From positions 3,328,001-3,392,000 of the forward strand of contig OY769902.1 of assembly GCA_963669175.1 (NCBI GenBank): DNA of 64,000 nt. The letters run 5' to 3'. The stretch is from a bacterium (GTDB taxonomy: Bacteria; Electryoneota; Electryoneia; Electryoneales; Electryoneaceae). The translations under genes and the position numbers were made by a program. Shown in pieces: positions 29,370 to 39,547 of the stretch (position 1 is its first letter; every line of letters begins with the position of its first letter). The notes under the pieces are model-generated. The model ran no database searches, was not told the origin of the DNA, and saw nothing but the letters and a program-made list of their open reading frames with translations.

Positions 29370-31355
29370 TTACTTGAGAAGCACAATCTTCTCCACATCC
29401 TGATGGTTACCGGATTCCAGCGACAGGAAGTAGACGCCTGCGGCCAGTCCTTCACCGTGGAAGGTGACTTCGTGGGCGCCGGTGGTCATGGTACGGTTGA
29501 CCAGTGTGGCGACTTCACGGCCCAGCACATCGTACACCTTCAGCGCGATGTGGCCGCTCTGCTTCAGGGTGAAGGAGACCTTGACCTGGGAGTTGAACGG
29601 GTTCGGCCAGGCGGCAGTCAGTTCGAACTGTTGCGGTGTCAGGGAACGTCCCGATTCTTCCGCTACGCCGAGAATGTCTTCACGCCATGCCCAGTCCAAC
29701 GGATCCTCGTAGAAGCCCGCGCTGTCCACATGCAGGGGAAGTCCGGGGACCAGTTCTTCGTTGGCGGCGAACTGATCGATCAGATCCTGCTTCAGGACAC
29801 GCATGTATACGATCGGGTTGTTGGTCACGGTTCCTTCCGGTTCCGGCATGTCGGTGTCGCCGGCGTCCAGGTCTTCCAGGAAGTTTATGTGCAGGTATTC
29901 GCCTTCATTGTTCAGCGCGAGAGTAGCGTCACGTTCATTGCGGCAGTCCCCGGCAGGGATCGCGCCCGATTCGCCACGGGTGTTGGTGATGTTCACGCCC
30001 TTGAACCACAGGCGGCCATTGTACGGTCCGGGAGGCGAAGCGGTTACGAAGAGTTCCGCGTTCAACAGGCCGCTGCTTTCGCCCACGTCTTTCGCGGTGC
30101 CGTCATCAAGGGTGTCGCCCGGGATACCGAACTGCTGGTACAGGCACCACAGCCAGCCATCTTTATCACGTGAAAGCGAAGGGTTGTTCACGGTTGAATT
30201 ATAGCCGCCGGGACGCGCATTCACCCAGAAATCACCATCGGCGATACGGATCAATTCCTGATCATCACTGTTCCAGTAATACAAATGACCAAGGACTGTT
30301 GCACGGTCTTCGTAGAAGTAGAAGGGCATGGCCTGGAATGCGACATGGATGGTATGATCATCATCCACAAACAGGCTGTGCTCGTATTCCATGCGGAAGG
30401 TGTCCACATCTGCGATCAGGGTATCCGGCAGCAGGTCCGGATCAGGCCCGGAAAACTGGGTGACATTCAGGACATTGTCCAGGCTCCAGTCCCAGTTGGT
30501 GCCACGTTCGTCGTTGACCCACAACACCAGGTCATTATCCCAGCCGCCACTTTCAACGGGGCTGCCTAAGTCAGAGCGGCGCATGGGGCGTCCGATCACG
30601 ACACGTTGTCCATCGGGACTGCATGCGATATTAGTACAGTTGGCGTAGCCGAGCTCTGTTACAACTTCAGGCTCACCACCGTCATTGGCTTCCACGAAAG
30701 AGAAGGTTGCCGGATCATGGGTGAGACGGTGGTAATAGACACCACGTGGGCTATCATCCGAGCTGAGCATGTAGGCCAGGTGAATCAGGCTGTCGCCATC
30801 AACTGCAATCTTTGCCTGAACCATGCCCAGATCTTCCGCGGGTTCAGTGGCATATGGGTTCCAAATCTGGAAATCCGCCCAGTATGCGGCCACGTAGATC
30901 GTCCAGTTGGCGCCGCTGGAAACGCGGTCGTGATAGGCCGGAATGGCGACACGGTTATCCAGCGAGGAAGAGGATGACATGCCGATAGTCGCATATCCGC
31001 CACGAACCCCATTGCTGACAATGTTTCCGCCAGCCGTCATGCAGCCGAAAGAGCCGTTGTACGTTGATATCCGGTTGGTACGGACTGTACGAGTGCTGTT
31101 GTCGAGGTAGGTGAAGACCACAATGGCTTCACCAGCGCCGTTATTGCCCTCAGGATCGTAGGCAATCAGGCGGCCGTTCAGAATGTTATGCTGATTGTCA
31201 AGCTGGCTCAGACCGACAACAACAGTATCGCCCAGGAATTCATCAAGCTCACCGGCTTGCACAACTGTTGGATCAATGCTCGCCACTGCGCCGAACAGGC
31301 AGACAGCTATCAATCCGGCAAACAGTAGTGTTGACACCGTCTTAAAAAGATGCAT
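29370..31355 (-). CDS. Secreted protein with T9SS type-A C-terminal sorting domain
   Basis: Signal peptide; C-terminal AWPNPFN...VYDVLGREVATL...AGVYF...KIVLLK; ATG at 31355. Confidence 0.85.
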   Translation of the reverse strand: MHLFKTVSTLLFAGLIAVCLFGAVASIDPTVVQAGELDEFLGDTVVVGLSQLDNQHNILNGRLIAYDPEGNNGAGEAIVVFTYLDNSTRTVRTNRISTYNGSFGCMTAGGNIVSNGVRGGYATIGMSSSSSLDNRVAIPAYHDRVSSGANWTIYVAAYWADFQIWNPYATEPAEDLGMVQAKIAVDGDSLIHLAYMLSSDDSPRGVYYHRLTHDPATFSFVEANDGGEPEVVTELGYANCTNIACSPDGQRVVIGRPMRRSDLGSPVESGGWDNDLVLWVNDERGTNWDWSLDNVLNVTQFSGPDPDLLPDTLIADVDTFRMEYEHSLFVDDDHTIHVAFQAMPFYFYEDRATVLGHLYYWNSDDQELIRIADGDFWVNARPGGYNSTVNNPSLSRDKDGWLWCLYQQFGIPGDTLDDGTAKDVGESSGLLNAELFVTASPPGPYNGRLWFKGVNITNTRGESGAIPAGDCRNERDATLALNNEGEYLHINFLEDLDAGDTDMPEPEGTVTNNPIVYMRVLKQDLIDQFAANEELVPGLPLHVDSAGFYEDPLDWAWREDILGVAEESGRSLTPQQFELTAAWPNPFNSQVKVSFTLKQSGHIALKVYDVLGREVATLVNRTMTTGAHEVTFHGEGLAAGVYFLSLESGNHQDVEKIVLLK

Positions 31356-31751
31356 CTCACTCTCCAGGTAAGACCCCGTAGGGCACAAATCGCGGCTCTC
31401 GTACAATGTGGATATTCTTGAAAGTAAGGCGAGTTACTTCTACAGAAGTCCACACCTGCGAAGACATGATCCTGTTTCCTGTGACAAATCGAAAGAGATT
31501 CACGTCTGTATCGGCTACGGCTTCAGCTATGAACCTGATTTCGTAACTAGCCTGACTATCAGAACAACTATAGCACGAAAATGAGGTGTTTCGCAATAAT
31601 TCAGACATTCAATTCTACGGATTCTTTCGGGATTTCGAGATTCAGGTGGCTCCAGGAAAGACGACAAGACGGACAGAAGGGTTGATTGAACGGAGCTAAG
31701 GACTGCAATCTCCTTCACCTGACCAACAAGTCAACTTATCCGGAAATAACC

Positions 31752-33161
31752 ATGCATGAGACAGCTGCGCTTCGGGAACGTGTTGTCGGAATTGATCTGA
31801 AAGTTCCGTTGTATAGCGGTGAAGAAGTTGTGTACACCAATCTCGATAACGCTGCATCGACTCCAGCCCTGAAAGCGGTTAAAATTGAAGCGGATAACCT
31901 GCTCGAGTGGTATTCCAGTATTCACCGTGGCGCCGGGTACAAGAGCCAGCTCGCCAGCGAATGGTATGAGCGTTCACGGAAGACAGTGCTCGATTTTGTC
32001 AACGCGAAAATGGGCTATCATTGTGTAATCCTGACCGGGAATACGACAGACGCGATCAATCGCCTGGCTCGTAAACTTCCACGTGACAACGACAAATCGG
32101 TCATCATCAGCGCTGCGGAACATCATGCCAACGACCTGCCCTGGCGTGATCGGGGGAGGGTGGTTCGTGTGCCGGTCAGCGATCGTGGCGAGATTGATCC
32201 GGATGATCTGCGGCAAGCATTGGAGAATGAAGGCAAACGGTGTCGTCTGGTCAGCCTGACGGGGGCATCAAATGTGGTTGGGACAATGCAGCCGATCCAT
32301 GAGTTTGCCAGAGTGGCCCACGAGTTCGGGGTGCAGATTGCGATTGATGCCGCCCAGTTAGCGCCACATGTCCAGATTGACATGCAGGGCAGGTCAGAAG
32401 AGGAACGTATTGATTTCCTCTTCATCAGTGGGCACAAGATGTACGCTCCATTTGGTGGAGGCGCCCTGATCGGTCCACGTGAGTATTTCAACAGCAGCGC
32501 ACCTTCGCTGCGCGGTGGCGGGGCAGTACTGGTTGTGGAGCCGGAAGGAATCGACTGGGCCGGATCACCGGAAAGGGAAGAGGCTGGTTCGCCGAATGTG
32601 ATCGGGGCGATTACCCTCGCCGCTTCCATGCGTGAGCTGAAGAAAATCGGTTTTGATAGATTGGAAAAACAAGAAAAAATCCTGACGAATAAGTTTCTTA
32701 ATGGATTGAAGAAAATAGATGGCGCTTCGATCTATGGACTCGCCGAAGATGCCGACCTTGAGCGTCGTTTGGGAGTCGTGGCGTTCAACCTGACAGATCG
32801 TCCGCATGACCTTGTGGCGTCCATTCTCTCGCATGAGGCGGCTATCGGCGTACGTAACGGTTGTTTCTGCTCGCATCCGTTTGTCATGCAGTTAATCGGA
32901 GTATCGACCAGCGAGGCACGAGCTTTCCGACAACGGGTGCGTGCGGGTGACAGGCAGGAGATTCCAGGCGCAGTGCGTGTCTCCTTTGGCCTTTACAACA
33001 CGGAAGAAGAAGTGGATCGAGTACTCGCTCTGTTGAAACGTATCGCTGAAGGAAAATGGGAACAGAAATACGTACAGTCTGAGAAATCAGGGAAGTTCAA
33101 ACCTGAAATGGGGACTTTTGATGTTGCATCAAGGTTAGACAGAATGCAGAGATTAGTATAG
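31752..33161 (+). CDS. Class-V PLP enzyme (SufS-like cysteine desulfurase)
   Basis: LDNAAST, SIHRG, EHHAN, DAAQ, SGHKMYAP, RNGCFC motifs. Confidence 0.9.
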   Translation: MHETAALRERVVGIDLKVPLYSGEEVVYTNLDNAASTPALKAVKIEADNLLEWYSSIHRGAGYKSQLASEWYERSRKTVLDFVNAKMGYHCVILTGNTTDAINRLARKLPRDNDKSVIISAAEHHANDLPWRDRGRVVRVPVSDRGEIDPDDLRQALENEGKRCRLVSLTGASNVVGTMQPIHEFARVAHEFGVQIAIDAAQLAPHVQIDMQGRSEEERIDFLFISGHKMYAPFGGGALIGPREYFNSSAPSLRGGGAVLVVEPEGIDWAGSPEREEAGSPNVIGAITLAASMRELKKIGFDRLEKQEKILTNKFLNGLKKIDGASIYGLAEDADLERRLGVVAFNLTDRPHDLVASILSHEAAIGVRNGCFCSHPFVMQLIGVSTSEARAFRQRVRAGDRQEIPGAVRVSFGLYNTEEEVDRVLALLKRIAEGKWEQKYVQSEKSGKFKPEMGTFDVASRLDRMQRLV

Positions 33162-33220
33162 AAACGAAAACCGGGACGGCCCCAATGTGAGGTGTCCCGG
33201 CTTCCAGTGAGAACCAAGAA

Positions 33221-33883
33221 TTAACACCAGGCAATAACCTGTTTGGCCAACTTCTCGATGCCTTTTGCGATATCCGTAATGCCCGGTCCGAGCATATAGG
33301 CCGGCGCTGAGACGACTTTGTTCGGTGCATCGACAACGATATCGTCTACAGCACAATTGACATGCTCCGCGCCCATCGCATTAACAGCCGCTGCTGTACC
33401 TTCATCCGTTCCGATTGTCACTTTTACCTTGATTCCTTCACCGCCCAGAACCCTGGCGACCAAAGCAGGTGCGATACACATGGGTGCGACAGGTTTACCC
33501 GCGCTGTGAAACTCTGTGATCACACGTTCTGCATCCGGATCAACCGAACAGTCAGGGCCATCCACGGCAAACGTACACAGGTTCTTGGCAACACCGAAGC
33601 CGCCGGGGATCACGAGCGCATCAAAATCAGCCGCCTTCAGGGCGGAAAGGGGTTGGATCGGACCACGTGATATCCGTGCCGATTCAAGCATCACATTGCG
33701 AGTTTCACCATCGGCAGGTTCACCTTTGGCATGATTGATCACATGCATCTGGTTTTTGTCGGGTGCAAAGCAGCTATACTCGCCGCCGTTCGCTTCAAGG
33801 AAGTACAACGTCATCACAGCTTCATGCAGCTCACTCCCGTCATATACACCACTTCCCGCCAATACTACCGCGATTTTCTTCAT
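33221..33883 (-). CDS. elbB: ElbB/ES1 glyoxalase (DJ-1/PfpI family)
   Basis: GVYDGSELHEAV, RNVMLESARISRG, PGGFGVAKNL, MCIAP and PAYM motifs. Confidence 0.93.
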   Translation of the reverse strand: MKKIAVVLAGSGVYDGSELHEAVMTLYFLEANGGEYSCFAPDKNQMHVINHAKGEPADGETRNVMLESARISRGPIQPLSALKAADFDALVIPGGFGVAKNLCTFAVDGPDCSVDPDAERVITEFHSAGKPVAPMCIAPALVARVLGGEGIKVKVTIGTDEGTAAAVNAMGAEHVNCAVDDIVVDAPNKVVSAPAYMLGPGITDIAKGIEKLAKQVIAWC

Positions 33884-34042
33884 GATGTCTCTCCCCATGA
33901 CTGTGTTCTTTTTCAAATGACCTATTGCTGAAAAACGTAAATGAAGAAGAAAAGCTTGTCAAGGCAGATTTTGAGATATATCATTCATGTAGCACAATAA
34001 AGCTCAGTAGCTTTTCAAAGGCAGGATAACTACCTTATAAAT

Positions 34043-34447
34043 ATGAGACGCAAACGCGCATTCCCTGGTGCAGATTATTTTTCGCGAGGTGATTTCCTGG
34101 TATTGGCGTTATTGCTGATCCTGTCAGGAACAGTGACCTGTTTGTCTTCCACATGGTTGACTGGAAAAGGAGGATATGCGGTTGTCATTGTGGATGGCGA
34201 GACAGTAGCCAGGTTAAACCTGGATGATGTAGGGCGTCAAATTGATGTAACAGGGCCAATTGGCACCACCAGGATACAGGTAACACCGGAAGGCGCTCAG
34301 ATCATCGATTCCGCCTGTCCGTATCATACGTGTGTGAGAATGGGCGCAGTAAACCAGGTGGGAAGAATGGTGATCTGTGTACCCAACCGGGTTGTTGTTC
34401 GAATTGAGGGAGATGACAACAATCGTATAGACGGTGTGACCGGGTAA
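34043..34447 (+). CDS. NusG domain II (DUF1312/EetA-like) membrane protein
   Basis: N-terminal TM; GPIG; SACP...CV.MG; ICVPNRV motifs. Confidence 0.88.
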   Translation: MRRKRAFPGADYFSRGDFLVLALLLILSGTVTCLSSTWLTGKGGYAVVIVDGETVARLNLDDVGRQIDVTGPIGTTRIQVTPEGAQIIDSACPYHTCVRMGAVNQVGRMVICVPNRVVVRIEGDDNNRIDGVTG

Positions 34448-35019
34448 TGGAGCCACAAAACGTGCATTCAGAAGCAAGTAAAGCGCGCGGAACTGGTCCT
34501 GCAATTCGTACCTTATCCAGAGTGGTTCTGTGGGTAGCGATTGGTATTGTTCTGGCTGGCTTGGATCACTTGATACCGCGTCCGATGCCATGGATGAAAC
34601 TTGGTCTGGCCAATGGAGCTGCCATTCTGGCTCTCTACACACTGGGTTTCAGAGCAGCTCTGGCTGTGAACCTGTTACGTGTTGCCGGAGTAGCATTACT
34701 ATTGGGTAGCTGGACAAACCCGAGTATCCTGTTATCGTTTGGTGGTGCAGTCATGGCTGTACTGGTAATGGGCGCTGCAAAACAGATGGCAGGCAAACGG
34801 ATCGGTCCGGTAGGCATATCAGCCCTGGGAGCCTGGGTGCATATGGCGACACAGTTTGTTCTCGCCGCAGCGCTCTTGGCGCATCATGGCGGTATTCTCG
34901 TACTGGCTGGCCCCAGTTTGTTTGCCGCGATTGCGAGTGGGCTGGTGATTGGTATTCTTGCCGGTCATCTCCTGGACAGGTTGCCTAAACGATTGGTTTT
35001 GATAGCAGAAGGAAAGTGA
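34447..35019 (+). CDS. Gx transporter / heptaprenyl-PP synthase component I family (EetB-like)
   Basis: IPRPMPWMKLGLAN; S..GG; GIS..GA..H...Q motifs; coupled to the upstream gene. Confidence 0.88.
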   Translation: MEPQNVHSEASKARGTGPAIRTLSRVVLWVAIGIVLAGLDHLIPRPMPWMKLGLANGAAILALYTLGFRAALAVNLLRVAGVALLLGSWTNPSILLSFGGAVMAVLVMGAAKQMAGKRIGPVGISALGAWVHMATQFVLAAALLAHHGGILVLAGPSLFAAIASGLVIGILAGHLLDRLPKRLVLIAEGK

Positions 35020-35819
35020 TGTTCGGAAAACGGGGAACATTGATCGAATTACTTGGCATCGTCTTACTGCTGTTGGTCAGCAGTTTGCTTTTGGTCTCCT
35101 GTGATTCAGGAAGTGGTGGCGTTAACAATGGAACGGACACTTATGCACTGGTGATTGAACCGGAATACCCTTTTATAGAAGCTGGTGAACATACAGCGTT
35201 TATTGTTTCCCTGGAAAATTCTTCCGGGGCAAAACTACATCATACGCCATTGAATTTTTATGTGAAGAACCTGTATCACCCATCACATTCTATCGGTTCT
35301 CTCAATGTATCTGAGGCATATACAGACACCACGAACATCCGTGGGATGGGAACGAACATAATCTTTACATCTTCGGATACAGGCACGGCATTGATCAGTG
35401 TTGTGTATCGTGATGGAATTGGGAATACATTTGACAGCACAACAACAACAGTCGGTTGCGAATGGAACACGCACAGCCTGGATGTAACGGTTTCCAATCA
35501 AAGGCCACAGGTAAGTGAAGATATTCGAATATATTGCATTTTATTTCGTGGTGGACAGGAGACCCCGGAACGTGTAAGTGGGAAACGACTTTTCTTTGAA
35601 GCGTACAGGCCTGCAACACCCAATACGCCATTTGGTACGTTCTATCCGACGTACCCAGGCACATCAGACTCCAATTCTGTGGATGGACTGACTGAACCGT
35701 ATTTTTTCTGGTCCACTGTGGAAGGTAATTGTGTTCTGCGAGCATATTATAAAAATGGGCTCGGCGAAGTTGCGTATGAAGACACGGTTAATATTGTGAT
35801 AGGGAGTAATTCACTCTAA
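35016..35819 (+). CDS. Lipoprotein with two Ig-like repeats
   Basis: Lipobox LVS-C; two similar ~115-aa beta-rich units. Confidence 0.65.
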   Translation: MMFGKRGTLIELLGIVLLLLVSSLLLVSCDSGSGGVNNGTDTYALVIEPEYPFIEAGEHTAFIVSLENSSGAKLHHTPLNFYVKNLYHPSHSIGSLNVSEAYTDTTNIRGMGTNIIFTSSDTGTALISVVYRDGIGNTFDSTTTTVGCEWNTHSLDVTVSNQRPQVSEDIRIYCILFRGGQETPERVSGKRLFFEAYRPATPNTPFGTFYPTYPGTSDSNSVDGLTEPYFFWSTVEGNCVLRAYYKNGLGEVAYEDTVNIVIGSNSL

Positions 35820-35827
35820 TTGGCAAC

Positions 35828-36676
35828 ATGGGCAGGAGGGAGCCAATGCGGTCATCGTTCTTCAGTATTTCCGATTCCAGCACGTCCAATCTACGTTGGA
35901 TGTTATCCGCTTTACTTGCTTTCCTGATCGGGTTGATTGCCCTGCAATGTGCCCCTGTTGTTCAACCACCGCAGCCTTTTTACGAAAAGGGCAACTACGA
36001 AGCTGCTGTAGAACAGGGGCAGATTTGGTTAACTTCGCATCCTGAAGATTCGGTAGCGCGAGTAGTCGTAGCAAAATCTGCTTATCAGCTCGGTGATACT
36101 GTACTTACCTGGGAAGTTCTGGAGCCGATTCTGGATAGAACTCCGGCAAAGGAAATTCGCGATATGGCAGTCGCTGTTGCCATGCAAACAGGCCATCTAG
36201 CTACAGCTAAAAGCATCTTGCTTCAGGAAATCCGTAACCCGACTGGCGTCCCCAACGTGGATGGACGTCTGGCCAGGATTGAAAGCCGGATTCAGGAAGC
36301 CATGTTTGCAGAGCTGAGTGCGGATGAAGCTTTTGCGAAGTACCAATGGACAGCGGCGATACGTGATTACCGAAAAGCAACCCTGGCGTATGAAGGCAAC
36401 GATATTCTTCAGGCGAAAATGCGTCTGGCGCGTGCAGAAATGCTGGTTGACAGCCAGGGACAGGAAGGCGCACTGCTGGCGTATGAAATGGTCGCGCTGG
36501 CCCATGAGCTATGGCCCGAAAGTGCGTTGGCCTGGTGGGTGCATGGAGACCTGGCCTGGAAACTTGGCGACGAACAACTTTCACGCTCGTCTTTCGAGAA
36601 GGCGCTGGAACTTAATATCGGTGCGCCTTATCGTGACAAAGCACGCATGATCGTGAACAGTCCGGACTCATTCTAA
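35828..36676 (+). CDS. TPR-repeat (lipo)protein
   Basis: Hydrophobic signal ending ALQ-C; TPR patterns (YEKGNYEAA; HGDLAWKLGD...FEKALEL). Confidence 0.7.
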   Translation: MGRREPMRSSFFSISDSSTSNLRWMLSALLAFLIGLIALQCAPVVQPPQPFYEKGNYEAAVEQGQIWLTSHPEDSVARVVVAKSAYQLGDTVLTWEVLEPILDRTPAKEIRDMAVAVAMQTGHLATAKSILLQEIRNPTGVPNVDGRLARIESRIQEAMFAELSADEAFAKYQWTAAIRDYRKATLAYEGNDILQAKMRLARAEMLVDSQGQEGALLAYEMVALAHELWPESALAWWVHGDLAWKLGDEQLSRSSFEKALELNIGAPYRDKARMIVNSPDSF

Positions 36677-36689
36677 CTGAAAAGCAACT

Positions 36690-38093
36690 GTGAAACGGAT
36701 TCCTGAACCTGCGAAGAAGTTCCTGGTTTACCTTGCTTCAGCGATTGCTGTTGTGGCAGGGTTTGAAGCAGGTCACAGGATTTGCCAGCCGATAGTCGAT
36801 AAATACCATGTCCCGTTTGCGATCTTTGCTGTCTTTTTGATTGTGGCGCTTACGTACGTAATGATCGGGATAAGGGCGTTAGCGCATCGCATTTTACACC
36901 GTGAAGAATTTATCCTTGCAGATGAACTGCGGGACCGCCTGACCAGCCTGCGTGAACTGGCGGCTCACTCCTCGGATGTCCTTGACCTTGGTCGTGCAAT
37001 CCTTGAAGAGGTACGTAAGCTTATCGATATAAAAGACCTCCAGTTAACCCTTTACTACGACGAAACAGAGGTGCTTGAGGTCACTCATATCCGATTGACC
37101 GCCAACAACCTGTATTCGAGTGTTGAGCGTTTGTGTGAGGATGATAATCCGTTAACCAACTTCGATATTCGCACCATGACCTCTGATGTGGCGCGCGAAA
37201 TTATCCCGTTGACATTCCGTGAAAGACTGGTTGGCCTGTTGATGCTTGGGCCGAAAAAAGATGGTTCTCAGTACAATCAACAGGATCGCGACATCCTGAA
37301 TGATCTTGCGCCGATAATAGCGGTCACAGTGGATAATCTTGTCATGCTACGGTATGCTCAGGATGTGCGTCAGCGATTATTCGAAAGCGAAAAACTGGCC
37401 TCTGTGGGACAGTTGGCCAGCGGTATCGCCCATGAGATCAGGAATCCGCTTTCCAGTGTAAAGATGAATTTGCAGGGGCTGGGACGTATCGAAGGCCTGA
37501 ACGATAAGAACAGGCGCAGGGTGGACTTGAGCCTGGAAGCCATTCAACGAGTCGATGACACTATCGGCGAATTGATGCACCTGGCGCGACGTACACGGCT
37601 TGAAGTGCATGATATAACGGCCGAAGATATCTTTGAAGCTGCCCTGGCTGTTGTCGGTCCTGAAGTGGAAAACCGGTCAATTACAATTCATTTTGACATA
37701 CAGGAAAACCTGCACAGTATCAAGGCAGATGAATCACGTTTAACCACTACATTGACCAACCTTATCCTGAATGCAGCCCAGGCAATAGAACACGATGGGA
37801 ATATTACGTTACGTGCGGAGCCATATGGGAAAGGACTTGAATTACAGGTGGAAGATGATGGTCCGGGCATCCCTGAGGAGTTGCGCCGGGATGTATTTAA
37901 TCCCTTCTTTACTACTAAGGCGAACGGCACTGGTTTGGGGCTTGCGAACGCGATGAAATCAGTGCAGGAACACGGGGGCGAGCTGGATTTCACTTCTGAA
38001 CCGGGCAAGGGAACAATTTTCAATGTCCGCCTGCCAGAAGCTCCGCCCGGATTACTTGATGATCCATCCGCACTCCGTGTCGTTCCTACATAG
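36690..38093 (+). CDS. Membrane sensor histidine kinase with GAF-like domain
   Basis: IAHEIRNPL H-box; NLILNA; DDGPGI; FFTTK; GTGLGL. Confidence 0.95.
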   Translation: MKRIPEPAKKFLVYLASAIAVVAGFEAGHRICQPIVDKYHVPFAIFAVFLIVALTYVMIGIRALAHRILHREEFILADELRDRLTSLRELAAHSSDVLDLGRAILEEVRKLIDIKDLQLTLYYDETEVLEVTHIRLTANNLYSSVERLCEDDNPLTNFDIRTMTSDVAREIIPLTFRERLVGLLMLGPKKDGSQYNQQDRDILNDLAPIIAVTVDNLVMLRYAQDVRQRLFESEKLASVGQLASGIAHEIRNPLSSVKMNLQGLGRIEGLNDKNRRRVDLSLEAIQRVDDTIGELMHLARRTRLEVHDITAEDIFEAALAVVGPEVENRSITIHFDIQENLHSIKADESRLTTTLTNLILNAAQAIEHDGNITLRAEPYGKGLELQVEDDGPGIPEELRRDVFNPFFTTKANGTGLGLANAMKSVQEHGGELDFTSEPGKGTIFNVRLPEAPPGLLDDPSALRVVPT

Positions 38094-38129
38094 ACAAGAG
38101 GATAGTGATAGCGCTTGAGGGAGCCTGTC

Positions 38130-39512
38130 ATGGCGAAAATTCTGCTGGTAGATGACGATGAGAAACTGTGTGAATCCATTGAGCTGAACGTGGGCGAGGA
38201 CCGCTACGAATGGGTGATCGCACATAACGGTGAAGATGGATTGGTACGTCTGGATTCAGATGATCCGGACCTGATCCTCTGCGATATCCGTATGCCCAAA
38301 ATGGACGGAATCACCTTCCTGGGACGTGTGAAGAAAGCGCGGCCTGAGTTGCCAGTCATCATGATTACAGCCTATGAGGACATGGAAACCACAATCAAGG
38401 CCATGCAGCTCGGCGCGTTCGAATATGTCCGCAAACCGATTGACACCTCCGAGATGGAAATGACCATCGACCGTGCCCTTAACACGGTTCAGCGTGAACG
38501 TCACTACAAGCAGATGGTCAAGGAAATAACAGAGAAATACAAAATGAACAACGTGGTCGGTTCCACTCCGGCCATGCAGGAAATATTCAAGACCATCGGG
38601 CAGGTAACCATTAGCCGTGTCAGTGTCCTGATCACAGGTGAGTCCGGCACGGGCAAGGAACTGATCGCCAAGGCTATTCATTATAACAGCCCGATGAAGG
38701 ACCAGCCTTTTGTCGCTATCAATTGCAGCGCCATCCCGGAAGGATTGATTGAGAGTGAACTGTTCGGGCATGAAAAAGGTGCGTTTACCGGCGCTGTAGC
38801 GACAACTCGTGGTAAATTCGAGCTGGCCGCTGGGGGAACCCTGTTCCTCGATGAAATCGGCGACATACCCCTGAGCATGCAGGCAAAGTTACTGCGTGTG
38901 TTACAGGAAAAGGAATTCAACCGTGTTGGCGGATCCAAACGGATAGAATTCAGCGCACGTGTCATGGCGGCAACCCACCGTGACCTGAAGAAAATGGTAC
39001 GTGAAGGCACCTTTAGGGAAGACTTGTATTATCGGCTTGCCGTAGTAAGCATCGAAGTTCCGCCGTTACGGGAGCGTCGGGCTGACATCCCACGTCTTGC
39101 GGAATTCCTGGTTGATAAAATCAACAAGGATCTGGGCTGCGCGATCCGTGCGCTGGACCCGGAAACCATTGATATCCTGAAACAGCATGATTACCCGGGC
39201 AATGTCCGTGAGCTGGAAAATGTCCTGCGCCATGCGGCTGTCATGTCCAAGGGCGATATCCTGATGCCGGAATACCTGCCGCCGATGGTACGGCAGGAAG
39301 AGGATATGCTGGCGGTCTCCACCGGGCACGGCTTCCAGTTCCCACGAGAACTGGTGGCGCTGGAAGAGGTGGAACGACGCTATATCCTGCACGCGCTCCA
39401 GGTAACAGGGTGGAAAAAGAAGCAGACGTGTGAATTGCTTAATATCGCCCGTACTACACTTGATCGCAAAATCGAGCAGTACGATATTAAGATGCCGGGG
39501 AAGAATAGCTGA
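38130..39512 (+). CDS. sigma54-dependent response regulator (AtoC/NtrC family)
   Basis: Receiver; GESGTGKE; GAFTGA; YPGNVRELEN; HTH. Confidence 0.95.
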   Translation: MAKILLVDDDEKLCESIELNVGEDRYEWVIAHNGEDGLVRLDSDDPDLILCDIRMPKMDGITFLGRVKKARPELPVIMITAYEDMETTIKAMQLGAFEYVRKPIDTSEMEMTIDRALNTVQRERHYKQMVKEITEKYKMNNVVGSTPAMQEIFKTIGQVTISRVSVLITGESGTGKELIAKAIHYNSPMKDQPFVAINCSAIPEGLIESELFGHEKGAFTGAVATTRGKFELAAGGTLFLDEIGDIPLSMQAKLLRVLQEKEFNRVGGSKRIEFSARVMAATHRDLKKMVREGTFREDLYYRLAVVSIEVPPLRERRADIPRLAEFLVDKINKDLGCAIRALDPETIDILKQHDYPGNVRELENVLRHAAVMSKGDILMPEYLPPMVRQEEDMLAVSTGHGFQFPRELVALEEVERRYILHALQVTGWKKKQTCELLNIARTTLDRKIEQYDIKMPGKNS

Positions 39513-39547
39513 TCCTGTAAAAGGATTTTGCCGACATTGAGGGTAAA

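Noticed and set aside
29403-30173. 256-aa plus-strand ORF
   Set aside because: Antisense shadow in the GC-rich part of the T9SS cargo gene.
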